Positions 37,701 to 48,264 of a DNA stretch of 64,000 nt are shown piece after piece; the stretch's first letter is position 1, and every line of letters starts with the position of its first letter. The translations under genes were made by a program, and so were the position numbers. This DNA comes from Macrostomum lignano (Eukaryota): contig NIVC01003890.1 of the NCBI GenBank assembly GCA_002269645.1, positions 7,222 through 71,221 on the forward strand, given 5' to 3'. The notes beneath the pieces are model-generated. The model had not been told where the DNA came from. It ran no database searches and saw nothing but the letters and a program-made list of their open reading frames with translations.

Positions 37701-40145
37701 TGGGGTGGGGTTAGCAAATCGAGGGGGGTTGGCTCATGTACATTAAATAAAGAGCAAATACATGTACAATTAAATAAGTAAAACCCCAAAAATATGACAA
37801 AAAATGAACCTCCAGAACACAATCACCAAGACAAACAATCAACAAGACAAACGATCAACAAGACAAACAATCACCAAGACAAACAATCACCAAGACAAAC
37901 AATCAACAAGACGAACAACCACCAAGACAAACATTCATCAAGACAAACAATCATCGAGACAAACAATCAACAAGACGAACAACCACCAAGACAAACTACC
38001 ATCAAGACAGACAACCGTCAAGATAAGAAAACACCCAGGCAGACCAACAGATATACACAAGCAGAAATATTGCACAAATCAACACTCACCGGATCTCTGG
38101 CTTCGGAGTCAACCCCAGCTTCCACCAGCATCATCAACAGGTCGAACTGGCACGCCGAAGTGATAGCATAGTTAGCCAACGGCTCGCCATTCGGCCGCAG
38201 TCCCAGGGGAGAGGCGCCAGCGCTAAGCAGCGCTCTGGTCAGCGCCAGGTTCCGGTTCCCGACGGCCAGAGACAGCGGCGAGTGCTGCGTCTCCGGATGG
38301 CGCCGGTCCAAGTGCAGCTTCTTTGGCGGCAGTTTGCGCAGCAGCAGCTTGGCACCCTCGGTGTTGTCAGCCAGGATGTTGTGCACAAGATCGAGGAACG
38401 GCGACTCTCTGTCGATTGCCGCGGCCAAAGCGGGACAGTCGGGCGCGCCAGTCGACGACGGGTGACCCGAGTAGAAGTCCAAGGCGGTGTGACCCGGGAG
38501 CAACTGCGAGTGCGGGCTCACCCAAAGGTCAAGCGCTCTAACGCCGGCCTTGTAGCTTCCTCGTCTGAGCGCTTCAGCCAGGCCTGGCGAGTAGCGATTG
38601 AAAATGGCGGCTAGCGAGTCGGCAGCCTCGGCCGGTGCGCAGTCGACTGGGAGCTGGCCCAGCCGGTCTCTCAGCAGGGGGTCGGCGCCGCAGAGGAGCA
38701 GGGCGCGGCACATCTCCGCCTGGCCGCGTCTGGCAGCCACGTGCAGGGCGGTCTCGCCGGACTGTGTTGGGTCGGGTGAGAAATCGCCGGGAAACTAATG
38801 GGCGGTCTATCTCAATGTAATAACTTGCGTGTGAAGGTCATCTTAGTTGCACAGGCGCTTATAGTCACTGTACATTTGAGGGGGGAGAGATTGAATCGTT
38901 TCTCTTTTCCACTGCGGCTGTACAGTGAGCTGGGCGTCAGTCACTGTACATTGGGGAGAGAGATTGAATTACTTCTCTATGAGCTGGGCGTCAGTCACTG
39001 TACATTGGGGAGAGAGATTGAATTACTTCTCTATGAGCTAGGCGTCAGTCACTGTACATTGGGGAGAGAGGTTGAATTACTTCTCTATGAGCTGGGCGTC
39101 AGTCACTGTACATTGGGGAGAGAGATTGAATTACTTCTCTATGAGCTAGGCGTCAGTCACTGTACATTGGGGCCTTGAATTGTTTCTATATTCCACTATA
39201 GCTGTACAGTGAGCTGGGCGTCAGTCATTGTACATTGGGGAGAGAGTGAGAGAGTTGTTTATTACTTCTCTAGGCCGCTATATCATGAACATAGATTAGA
39301 GAATGGGGTTGTGCCCGTGTACAGAAATATTTAGTGTAACAAGCGTATGTATATAGATTTTTCATGTCAAAAATATACATTCCAAATCCAAACCTTATTC
39401 TGCGTGTTGACATTGATGCCCATGAGTGCCAGAGTATAGGCGGTCACCAACGCTTGCAAATCCTGCGACGCGGCGCACAGATGCAACAACGTATTGCCGG
39501 CCTTGTCGCTTAGCGCGTTCTCGTAAATAGCTTGCTTAGCTTGCTCGTGAAGCTGCATGCGCGAATGGGGTGGGGTGAGTACATTAGGTACTTTATTAAA
39601 AGTTTGCTGATACCATTAGCATCACCAAATCACATTTTCAGCGGGGAGGGGCGTTGACACTGTCGAGCGCGCACAAGGACGGTCGTGAATGCATACGCAG
39701 GTAACACGCTCTCACAGAGTGTACAGCTGTCCTGAATTACATCGTCAGACATATAGTACAACAGGAGGAAATGATTCAAACAGAAGCTGCTCACACTACT
39801 AAGCTTCTCCTCGCGACACGTCTGAAGCAGGTTGTCGATCAACTGTCGAAATTTCTCTGTATCGCCGGAGCGCCGCAGCTCCATGGCGCGGCTGAACCGC
39901 TGGTAGTTGGCGTCGCGGGCGAGGCTCTCCACGCTGCTGCCATCATAGTCTCGATTGTGCGGAAATCCAAAATCCAGCAACAGCGCCGCGCAGTCCTCTT
40001 CGCCGTAGTGCATCGCCAGGTAGAGTGGATCAAAGCCCGGTCGGCCCTGGGTAAGCTGGTCCCGGTGCGCCAGGTAGAGTTCTCGGTGATCTGACAGTAG
40101 CGTGTGCAGCTCTATGGGATTGCCGCTGAGCACTGACTCACGCAG
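28768..40145 (-). CDS. Ankyrin-repeat protein (>=652 aa; first exon not located)
   Basis: Six phase-0 exons: 40145-39795, 39552-39394, 38761-38090, 30191-29838, 29327-29139, 29001-28768 (TAG). Ankyrin motifs include [61 protein letters not shown] and [12 protein letters not shown], several formed across exon junctions. Confidence 0.88.
29375..29767. repeat. 15-bp minisatellite, ~26 copies, ankyrin gene intron
   Basis: Unit CCAGAGGCGCCAGCA. Confidence 0.97.
30270..30828. repeat. 16-bp minisatellite, left part (split by the LTR element)
   Basis: Unit AAGACAAACAATCACC/AAC; continues at 37820-38035. Confidence 0.93.
30829..31113 (-). repeat. 3' LTR
   Basis: TGTTAAATCG...CCAGAACA; no differences from the other LTR seen by eye. 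Confidence 0.96.
31114..31125 (-). other. Polypurine tract
   Basis: AGGAAGGGGGAA on the minus strand immediately before the 3' LTR. Confidence 0.9.
31720..37509 (-). CDS. BEL/Pao Gag-Pol polyprotein, 1929 aa, uninterrupted
   Basis: DUF1759-type gag ([15 protein letters not shown]), three Cys/His knuckles, protease (ALLDDAS), RT (YLPHFPV...YMDD), Pao RNase H ([12 protein letters not shown]...FWSDS), integrase HHCC plus DDE (VDFGGP, SDNGGNF, FGGAHE). Domain order PR-RT-RH-IN. Confidence 0.97.
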   Translation of the reverse strand: MQKDGEEFESNYPPADEEERKLMDAKAAKTRAKAAFTKGRNRLVQQLAAGGQDGAEVQQQATLMEKLFEAVTTELEKLLELAGNDLPLRRQTIKELENAEKDYGETVGLMTEFWKDRSRSEAAEREEQDRLAESEEQQRREEEQRKVQAAEHRALELEEVQRELERDYQQRHEQLAEELRRLKIVTGSTKAESPCERASPGSGLAEQSIGAEVGVSAAPDRSEKADWTAHEGGSGERSINQNPAPRPATSQSASVQSQLREPIVQQECTQRVREEAERQVSQDMWRQLQRVAIPSFSGDKRQYEGWKAAFYACVDAAPSSRVYKLLQLRQCPQGDALKLIANLGHSEFAYKAALDRLEREYGGERRRLVLVLEDLDRFRPIVTESAPQLKKLADLVDVAVINLMEAGREAELDSNGLLHLRVQKKLPTDTLARYHRWVGENGRNDTLSALHQWLLREAEYQTVAMEAVHGVAAQNGPGAGKMEQSKKFSGMQRTETARTHFGAVAESTRADEQRKKNCRVCEGSHGAWECPKFVEMDVVKRWAVAREKKLCFHCLGVNHSGLACRRSRTCGVDGCQGKHHRMLHQKREPKPAAAVTRGGEGEARKPAEDISAATKKERTMLAEVVKETALRTVPVILVAGERQVRINALLDDASTRTYLNADVAAELGLEGKLQRINVKVLNGGVESFETAPVEVTVRSVDAAFETKIVAFTAEKVTGGMKAVDWSQLAEHWAHLRGIPFESTSSRKTVDMLIGVDNAEMHLACKEVCGMPGEPIARLTPIGWTCIGQLGSDEGSSKSGESFLCHECQDQVDSQVRRLWAIEEVPDVAELNRERGTLTADEQHAVAVVKESMSVVEGRYQVAIPWKSQNRALPSNREAAERRLISTEKRLQRSEGLPKAYQGVLEGQLEKGYLKKVEDSSELQNTEWYLPHFPVIREDKDTTKVRIVFDASARCQGVSLNDVILPGPKLQNDLFQVLLRFRRGPVAIVCDIEEMYLRIRLKPEDRRYFRFLWRDRNETGKPEVFEFQSVVFGVNCSPFLAQFVSQEHARSHQETFPRASETILKSTYMDDSLDSVNSVHEAIQLRRELTALWEKAGMRARKWMSNASEVLETVAPEDRAVKAQHVLRGEMATSKALGVTWTANDDMLAITGNAGAKEVSVESKRQLLKRVAMVFDPCGFLSPFTIRGRILLQEIWQNGADWDEPLDQQVAAKATQWAAEIEELSMLKIPRCLWPDPTKKAVLHVFVDASQVAYGAVIYLRSATSLDEICVRLVAAKARVAPLAACSIPRLELMAAVLGVRLAQTVADALDLDLRESVFWSDSANVLWWLRGRSRIFKPFVANRVAFIQEAVKTCQWRHVPTDLNPADAVSRGCSAKDLCQSAVWSAGPEFLLLDEDGWPARLVPTSVDGDQEVRREASKSSKSAAVTLLSNDTTDNDCRLNPERFSSYRRLRSVTAWVQRFISNCRLPRDERRLGDLEVEELQEAEDRILRVAQEEAFKAEVQQVRRGKPVFSSSQLRCLQPFLDEDGLLRVDGRLKFDQNLSYQSKHPVILPRRSWVTKLLVKHYHEDQGHGGTNQTLAAMSTKFWVIGGREAIREWEKECARCRRQKAGPEVQQMAPLPEARLKNSLRAFSFVAVDFGGPFETVQGRGRRRTKRYLALFTCLETRAVHLEMAYSLDSDSFLNAFARMINRRGRPLEVYSDNGGNFVKGERELREFENEQQNKIQRAAAERGIKWRFQPPSAPHFGGAHEVMVRAAKRAVRAILSNADITDEELHSAFTGAEALINSRPLTYQTASPKDDTPLTPNHFLHGQLGGDFATEVSTEVSRDPRRRWRRVQELVRHFWHRWLREWVPRLNARSKWVKEQPDLAVGDIVLALRADAPRGHWPLGRVLEVFPGRDGHVRVAKVRTGGGTVLRPVTKLCVLQRGE
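37515..37532 (-). other. Primer-binding site, initiator tRNA-Met type
   Basis: TGGTAGCAGAGCGTGGTT, 2 nt inside the 5' LTR; complementary to the ...CTCTGCTACCA 3' end of animal tRNA-iMet. Confidence 0.85.
37535..37819 (-). repeat. 5' LTR
   Basis: 285 bp, TG..CA, adjacent to the PBS. Confidence 0.96.
37820..38035. repeat. 16-bp minisatellite, right part
   Basis: Same unit as 30270-30828. Confidence 0.9.
38925..39240. repeat. 54-bp tandem repeat, ~5 copies
   Basis: Unit TGAGCTGGGCGTCAGTCACTGTACATTGGGGAGAGAGATTGAATTACTTCTCTA. Confidence 0.9.
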
Positions 40146-42218
40146 CTGTGCATAAGTGTATTTGATTTTTTTTAAGTAGTTACATATGCATTTACTAATA
40201 TATTAATTAACGAGAGTTAATTCAAAATTTACCTTGTCAAGAACTAAAGCCATTTTAGTGTCCGTTGCCATCAAACTTTTTTGTGTCATGAGAAAAAAAT
40301 TAAATATATTGCTTTGGTTATTCTTAGTAAATGTAAGAATTAAAATATCAGACTTGAAATTTCTTTTTTGTACTACTAAATCTTTTTATTCGTTTAAAAA
40401 TCTTATTGAAATGCATTATCTCTATTTTTAAATGGCTGTACGGATCAGCCAGCATAATTTTATTTGCATAATAAATGTCTTGCTTTCAGAATAAGTAAAG
40501 GGGTATAAAGCTGTCATATAGCTTATAACTAAAGTAAAAAGCATGTGTCGTTTGAACTTCTGACATATGGTTGTTGTCATTAGTATAGTATAGTATAGTA
40601 TAGTATCACATGCTAAAAGTGGAAGGTTGTAAATGTGTCCTTCCCGCTTTGAGCAATAGGATCTAAAAGCTTCGAGTCTAAAAGCACTAACTAAATTTTT
40701 CTAAATTTTATAAAATTAGCTAATTTTTGTTCTAGTTTTTATAATGCATGCATAAACAATATAAAAATCCTAAATTACGTGTTCATTCTTTCTGTAACTA
40801 TTAACAATAACTCTTTAGTAACTTAAGATTTATAGAAATACTGGATATGATCAGCCATACAAAAGATGCTCGTATTTGATTATTTTTTTCGATAAAGTAT
40901 CTGTGTAATAATAGATTAGGTTTATAAAAAGAGCGATTACTCTTCAATTCAAGTGTATGCATATTTACACTAGAAGTAAACGTTAAAACGAATTTTTATT
41001 AGTTTTGCCCGAAACACTATTTATTGAAACAAAAAAAATTCTATAGTAAAAGATTTAAAAAGCAATAAAATTTTTAAATAGAAAATTTTGCAGACATTGA
41101 CACTAAAATTTTCATTGCTACGAACTCCATAGTAAATTTGACTGAAATAAACATACGAAAACTTAAAAATTAAACTTATCTAGATTTTTCTTTATGATTT
41201 CCGTTAGTTATTAAGTTAGTGAATCAAATGAAACCTTATTAGCCTTTAGTGTTCGGGTATTAGAGTTACATTCTCAAAATCGTTCAAAAATCGATTTGTC
41301 TCTCTTTAACTATGGTTTTCTGTTGCAGCAGCTTTCTATAGTTTCAGTTAAACAATTTAAGTAAATTTGCACAATAATGATGAATGTGAAATTTTGTCCA
41401 TTCAAAGCCATATGTAGTTAATAGCTACAAATATTCTGCATTTAGCATTGTTTTCCTATCCTTTATGTCAAAATAGTCATGTTTTCAGTATTTATTAGGA
41501 ATTCGACTTAAGCATATTGTAGACACCTAGGCACTAGGCTAAATTTCTATCAAATAGCTAAGCTTATTTACAGCCTATAGAAATGAAATTAAATGAATCA
41601 AATGACTAATAGACCCTTATTTGATTTCCATATAGCAAATAAATTACATATAAATTGTCTAGCTAAATAGCTAAAATTGCTAATCTAATTAATTTTTATA
41701 TCAACAATTTCAAAACTATTTAGTTTAAGACTACTTGTAATTGATTCACATAAAAAATGTTTTTTTGTAAATAATTTGACCAAAATGAGAATATGCTAGT
41801 TTATATAAAAAATAGCTCTACTAAGCTCTCTTATATAAGATTTATGCTTTTGTTACTAATTAAATGTTCAAAATAGACTCTACTTTGGTTTATATTTATT
41901 TCATATATTTTTATTAAACATTATATTTTTCAAATCTAACCAAGCAAACAATTAGAATGATTTTAACTAACTTAACAAGTTTAAGAATTTTATAAATTGT
42001 GATAAATTTTGTGAATATTTTGTTTTTCTATGCATTAATTAAGGTTATAATTGCTGAAAAACTTTTAAGTTGAGCTCAGAATTTTATTTAAATAATTTCA
42101 ATCAAGAAAAATTACTTTCCTGTTTTTGTCACTGTTTTATACTACTTTATTTGTGCTCTTGTGAACTTCAAATAATCCTACCTCACATACCTCCAACACC
42201 AATTTTCATTGCAATCAG

Positions 42219-42951
42219 GAGGCCTCAACATACTACTCGCTACGAGGGGCTGACATCGCCCCGTCTTGTCCTGCGTCAGCCGCAGCCACTGCCGCTGGCA
42301 CAGCCGGCTCGGCGCATGATTTCATCGATTTTGAATTCTCCGATTCGGACACCTACTCTGCTGAGATTGCCGAGCTCTACAGCTACTCGGAGGAGAGCGA
42401 GCTCGCGGAGAACTATCGCTGTTTTAGTCGGCTGTTCGCTCAACGAAGGAGATTGGCTGGTCGATGGCTGGACACAGATGACGAGGAGAGGAGCGGCTTC
42501 ATACAGGGACTGCTGGACGGACTGGAGGTGAGAACAGAGAAGTGACAGAATGGGGAAGTGACAAAGTGGGGAAGTAACGGGAAGGGAAAATATGAAATAG
42601 AGTAAAATTGACATATTGAGAGGAGTGACAGGATGGGGGACAGTGGAGGTACGTGGTGATACGAGCGTACGTATATACTTTGTAAAAACTTTATACTCAA
42701 GTGTAACAAATACGGCTTACGGCTTTCTATTTGTTAAACACTCAGGAGAGCCCAGCGGGTCCCCAGCGCCAGTCGCTTCTCCGAGGCCTGTTGTACCTGG
42801 CCCAGGGGGTGTGGGCCGAGTGCCAGGTGCCAGCTGATCAGCTGAGCTGGGCCTGGCGCAACTGCAGGCTGCTGATATGCAAGGACGCATTTTATGCAGC
42901 ATGGAGTCTGCTGTCTGATGCTGCATCTGCGGAGGCTGAGCCGCCGAAGAC

Positions 42952-42986
<35 letters not shown>

Positions 42987-45900
42987 CTGACAGTTGCGCA
43001 GAGCTGCGAGTGCTGCTGAATTTAATGTACACTCTGCTTGAGACTGCTAGGTGAGCAGGTTACCTTATGCTACTTAATGTACTGGTATAGTAGCAGATTA
43101 GGGAAATTGTTAATTTAATTTAAAATTTATTCAAAAATTACTTTTTATAACTGCAGTTCTGATACTGACTACGTTCGTAGAAGCTTAATATCAATCTCAA
43201 AAACCCAAACCCGTCGACATTCTTTAACCAAGTCTATCCCAACACTAATACCAACTTCAACTCTCACATTATCGCCCCAATGCTCCAACACCCTAACAAA
43301 CCCTCAAACCCTATGACATAACTGCCCAACACCCAAATGCCCCAACACCCAAATGCCCCAACACCCCAACGCCCAACACCCCAACGCCCCAACACCCCAA
43401 CGCCCCAACACCCCAACGCCCCAACGCCCCAACACCCAACGCCCCAACACCCCAACGCCCCAACGCCCCAACACCCCAACGCCCCAACACCCCAACGCCC
43501 CAACGCCCCAACACCCCAACACCCCAACGCCCCAACACCCCAACAACCCCTATGCCCCAACGCCCAACACACCAATGCCCCAACACCCTAACAACCCCTA
43601 TGACACAACTGCCCAACACCCAAACGCCTCACCACCCCAACACCCCAAAACCCTAACACCCTAACGCCCCAACACCCCAAAACCCCTATTCCTCAACGCC
43701 CTAACGTCCCAACACCTCAACAACCCCTATGCCCAAAGCTCCAATACCCTAACGCCCCACCGACCCAACTTCCCAACACTAAAAAGCTTGAAAGATTGGC
43801 GCCCCAAACCCCGAACCCGGAACTCTTCGTTCACCACACCCAATCCGTCCCTATTCCAGAGCTCACCCGGAAGCGGAGTGCTCAGTCAGGGAGAAGCTGC
43901 TTAGCGATCTGCTCGACCCCAGTCAAGCCGAACCCTTGCCAGTGTTCCTGCTCAACATGGTGACAAAGTTCTGCGCTGGTCAGTTCAGCCAACAGTTCCC
44001 GGTGAAGAAGGCTCTCCTGCTGCTGTGGAAGGCCAGCCTGCTCACCCTCGGCCCTCTAGCCGACATTCACGAGCGTCGGAATGCGGCGCGTCGAGCAGCC
44101 GGGCTGTCGCCAATCGCCGAAGATACTCAGCGAGTTTGTCGCGCTATGCGGCCGTGCAGTCCGCCTCCACCGTCGGGTGTGGACGGAGCAGATCCGCAGC
44201 AGCAGAATCTGGTGTTTGTCATGCCGAGGCGCGGGGCCGGCAGAAAGTCGGCTGCTGCATCTTCAGCGGCGGCCGCTGCTGCGGCTGCTGCTGCTGCTGC
44301 TGCTGCATCGTCGTCTTCTGCAGGAGCACAGGATCCTACTGATCTTGCTGATAAAAGAAATGAACAATCGGAGCAGCGCAAACGACTATTACCATGGCAA
44401 CCGAAAGTTTCACAGCGAGAGTTACAGGTAGTTAATTTGTAATATTGTATATCGCTAATTGAAATATGTTTTCAAGTTTTTTTTACCGAATGTTTGTCCG
44501 TTTATGGAGTAAAATACCAGAATTTATTTCTTATGAAAATTATTTTAGATTTTGTACATTGAGGGGTAAAAAAGAAGTTTAGACTGTGCGTACAATGGGG
44601 GTAAGGAAGGAATTTTCTAGACTGCGCGTACAAGGGGGGTAGAAAAGAAGTTTCTAGACTGCGCGTGCATTGGGGGTAAGGAAAAAGTTTAGAGCGTGTG
44701 TACATTCGGGGTAAGGAAAGAAGCTTCTAGATTGTGCGTACAATTTGGGTAAGGAAAGAAGTTTCTAGACTGTGCGTACACTTAGGGTAAGGAAAGAAGT
44801 TTCTAGACTGCGCGTACAATGGGGGTAGGAAAGAGTCCAGAGCGTGTGTACATTCGGGGTAAGGAAATCGGTTTGCGCGTGCTGCGTACATTAAGAGCTG
44901 TTTAAGGCTTGCGCCTCGAAGTCAACCCTAGCCAATTTTATTATCAAATCAATTAGCACTATCTGAGATGAATCAAAATGCAATTAAACCTTTCCAGGCC
45001 TACCTGCATCAGGTGCGCGAAAAATTTCTTGGCGCTAGAGCAGCCGCAGCCGCCGCAGGCGACACCGACAGCCTCGCCGGTCTGCCCCGGCCGATCCACG
45101 AGAGTGTCGCTGTGCTGAAGGCGCACCTGTACATCAGTCTGGCCGAGCTGCAGATGAAACGCGAAGACGAGATCGCCCGGTACCCGATGACCAAGGGCCG
45201 TTCCGAGAGGGTTGAGTGTACACCAGCCGAGCTGCTGTACAGAGCTATGCTGCCCAGCGTTCCGCAGTACATGATTGCTCTGCTGAAGGTTTGACCGCCG
45301 ACTGCTGGGTCTTTAATCGTTTGTTACATCTGTTAGTTAGTTAATTAGCTCTTATGATGGGTTATTAAAACGACAGTACGACTTCCAGAGTCCAGAGTTT
45401 TTGTCGCGACTTTTTGCACTCAAGTCTAGATTAATTATTGCATCAACTCGAAATGAAATCTAGTGCATCTGCATCTAAATTCATATTAAATACATATGGA
45501 ACCCAGATTTAAGTACACCTGCACTTGAAATCAGTTTAGAGTACACCTGAACTAGATGTCATTTAAGTTCACGTGAACTTGAACTCAAATTTAAGTACAC
45601 GTGAACTTGACCTTAGACATAAGTGCATCTGCACTCGAACTCAGTTCCAAAGATTCGTTCTCCCCCCTCCACAACCTCAAAGATTCTCCTAGCAGCAGCG
45701 CCAACAAGTAAAAGTAAAACGGAAAGCATCAACCTGAGCATGGAGCTGCTCCAAGAAGACCTGCCTAGCAGCCTATCGAATTCTCAGAGACTCAGCACGG
45801 ACGTCAACCGGCACAAAGAAGTGATTGCCAAATCCGTCTCCGGATTTCTGCTTCTATTGTTAAAACACCTGAAACTCAGCCACGTGTACCAGTTTGAGTA

Positions 45901-47159
45901 CATCGCCCAGCACCTGGTGTTCGCTAATTGCATCCCACTGATACTGAAGTTCTTCAATCAGAACATTGCTGGCTATGTGCAGAATTCCAATAGACTGTCC
46001 GGTTTTGAGTTTCCCGAATGCCTGTTTCGGCCAGACGATTTCGAGTTGTCCGAGGATTTTACGTCGGCCACGACTGGCTGCAGCTGGCGCAACATGTTCA
46101 CCTGCTTGTGCCTGGCCAGGGTGCTGAACAAGCTCGCGAAGGCAAAGCACAGTCGCACAATGATGCTGGTTGTGTTTAAATCCGCGCCAATCATTAAACG
46201 AGCCCTGCGGGTTCGGCACCCCATGCTGCAGGTGATTTTTATTTACATGAGTCTGCGCGCAAAAATCTGCCCCTAGAATCTACTCTTAGAATCTACCCCC
46301 ATTATTTGCCCTAAGAGTCTACCACTAAAATCTACCCTTAAAATCTACTCTTAGATCTACCCTCATTATCTACCCCAAAATTTTTCTCTAAGAATCTACC
46401 ACTAGAATCTACCCCAAGAATCTACCACTAGAATCTACCTCAAGAATCTACCACTAGAATCTACCCCAAGAATCTACCACTAGAATCTACCCCAAGAATC
46501 TACCACTAGAATCTACCCCAAGAATCTACCACTAGAATCTACCCCAAGAAACTACCACTGGATTCTACCCCAAGAATCTACCACTAGAATATACCCTAAG
46601 AATTTACTATTAGAATCTACCCTCATTATCTACCCCTAGAATCTTTCTCTAGAATCTTACCCCAAGGAGTCTGCCCCATCACAACTACTACAGTAGGAAA
46701 CTACTCACAGGGCCACTCTACACGTTGTTCTACTTCTAACCACCAAATTTTCAGCTCTACCTGCTCAAGCTACTAAAGCTGCAGACTAAATACCTGGGCA
46801 GGCAGTGGCGCAAAGTCAACATGAACCTGATGTCCTGCATCTACGAGAAAGTCCGTCACCGACTCACTGACGATTGGGCCTTTGCCAACGATTTAGACGC
46901 TCGACCTTGGGATTTTCAATCTGAGGAGTGCAGCCTGAGGAACGCTGTGGACAGGTTTAACCATAGACGGTACGGCCTGGGCGACCCAGCCCTCCCCGAA
47001 GGCTACCAACCGCTTGACAACAATTTGAGTAGCGTGCTCAGCAGAGAAGTGCCCTTGGCGCCGGACTTTTGTCGCGGCGGCTACGAGATGTGGCTTGAGC
47101 AGGAAGTGTTCTCAACTCCCATTAATTGGGATCTAGTGTTGCAGACGATTGCTTATTAA
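42219..47159 (+). CDS. STRIP1: Striatin-interacting protein (STRIP1/2, FAM40/Far11); first exon not located
   Basis: Exons 42219-42527, 42746-43050, 43860-44427, 44998-45288, 45683-46231, 46755-47159 (2427 nt, in phase). Motifs EIAELYSYSE, LLYLAQG, FPVKKALLLLWK, YMIALLKILLAAAP, EYIAQHLVFANCIPLILKFFNQ, TKYLGRQWRK, RHRLTDDWA. Co-orthologue of STRIP1/STRIP2. Confidence 0.95.
43310..43760. repeat. C-rich 8-bp repeat (CCCCAACG/CCCCAACA), STRIP intron
   Basis: Direct inspection; GGGG runs on the minus strand. Confidence 0.9.
44560..44870. repeat. ~38-bp minisatellite, STRIP intron
   Basis: Unit TAGACTGTGCGTACAATGGGGGTAAGGAAAGAAGTTTC with variants. Confidence 0.88.
46275..46670. repeat. 13/26-bp minisatellite, STRIP intron
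   Basis: Unit CAAGAATCTACCACTAGAATCTACCC. Confidence 0.9.
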
Positions 47160-47199
47160 AAAAGGAACTTAATGTGTTTGGAGAGTTCTTTAACACTTG

Positions 47200-47530
47200 A
47201 ATTCTCATTGGCTGAGAGCAATTCTTTGGTTGTCATTGGCTGAGAGCGATCTATGGATTCTCATTGGCTGAGAGCGATTTATGAATTCTCATTGGCTGAG
47301 AGCGATTTATGGATTCTCATTGGCTGAGGTCGATTTATGATTTCTCATTGCCTGAGATCAATTTATGGATTCTAATTGGCTGAGGGCCATTTTTTTCTTA
47401 CTGGCTGAGAGCAGTTCAATGATTCTCATTGGCTGAAAGCGGTTCCTTGATTTTTATTGGCTGAGAGCGATTCTTTGATTGTCATTGGCTGACAGCGAGT
47501 CTTTGATTCTCATTGGCTGGGGGAGATTCT
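47200..47530. repeat. 28-bp tandem repeat with TCTCATTGGCTGAGA core, 12 units
   Basis: CATTGG at 47206, 47234, 47262, 47290, 47318... Confidence 0.9.
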
Positions 47531-48264
47531 TTGAAGCCTGATCGACCAGTTGATTACCTATATCTAAATATGAATCTTTATAAAACAGATTAATAGTTAT
47601 GCGTGAAGACTGACAACTTATTTTCTTTGCCTAAAATTATATTTTAAATTTTTAAAAATGCGTTAGAATAGAATATTTCCAGCGCAGTATTTGTTGCAGC
47701 ACTTTGTTAAAGAAAGAAATTTTACACTTTGAAATTCCACAATTTCGTTCAATAGTCTATTAATGTCTGTTTAGTGTCACAGTGTCTTCTTTGTTCAACT
47801 TTTCCGTTTTCACGTGTCTTTTGCACCTGTTCACCTACCTAATCTCTCTTGAATTTTACACCTTTCTGTGAGCTAGCATTTGTTTTAGCGATTATTTTTG
47901 CATGCTTTTTGTGTTGTCGTTTGAAGGATGTCGTTTTGACACTTTGCATCTAAGTCATTGTTGGCGTCTATGATTGACTTAAAAAGTTCACTTTGAACTT
48001 TTTAATATTTTTAAAGCCGTTCTATCATTCGTCCCTGTTAGTCGCTAATAACTGTTCTTAGTAGTTTCACCTCTTTCACGCAGAGTTCTGACAGTCTCAG
48101 AGAAGTGCATTCCGTAGAAAATCTGTACTTTTCTTGTTCTCTTAGTATTTGCGGATGAGACCATATCGACAATATTAAGCTGCAATCAGTTTCCTGTTGT
48201 GATGTTTTGCGTAAACTGTTCAGTGATTACTTTTTTCTATTATTGAAATATTTGAGATTCAGGT

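Larger units (their letters stand above)
30829..37819 (-). mobile_element. Full-length BEL/Pao LTR retrotransposon (6991 bp)
   Basis: TG..CA LTRs of 285 bp at 30829-31113 and 37535-37819, 5-bp TSD CAATC (30824-30828, 37820-37824), PBS, PPT and a single gag-pol ORF. Confidence 0.97.
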
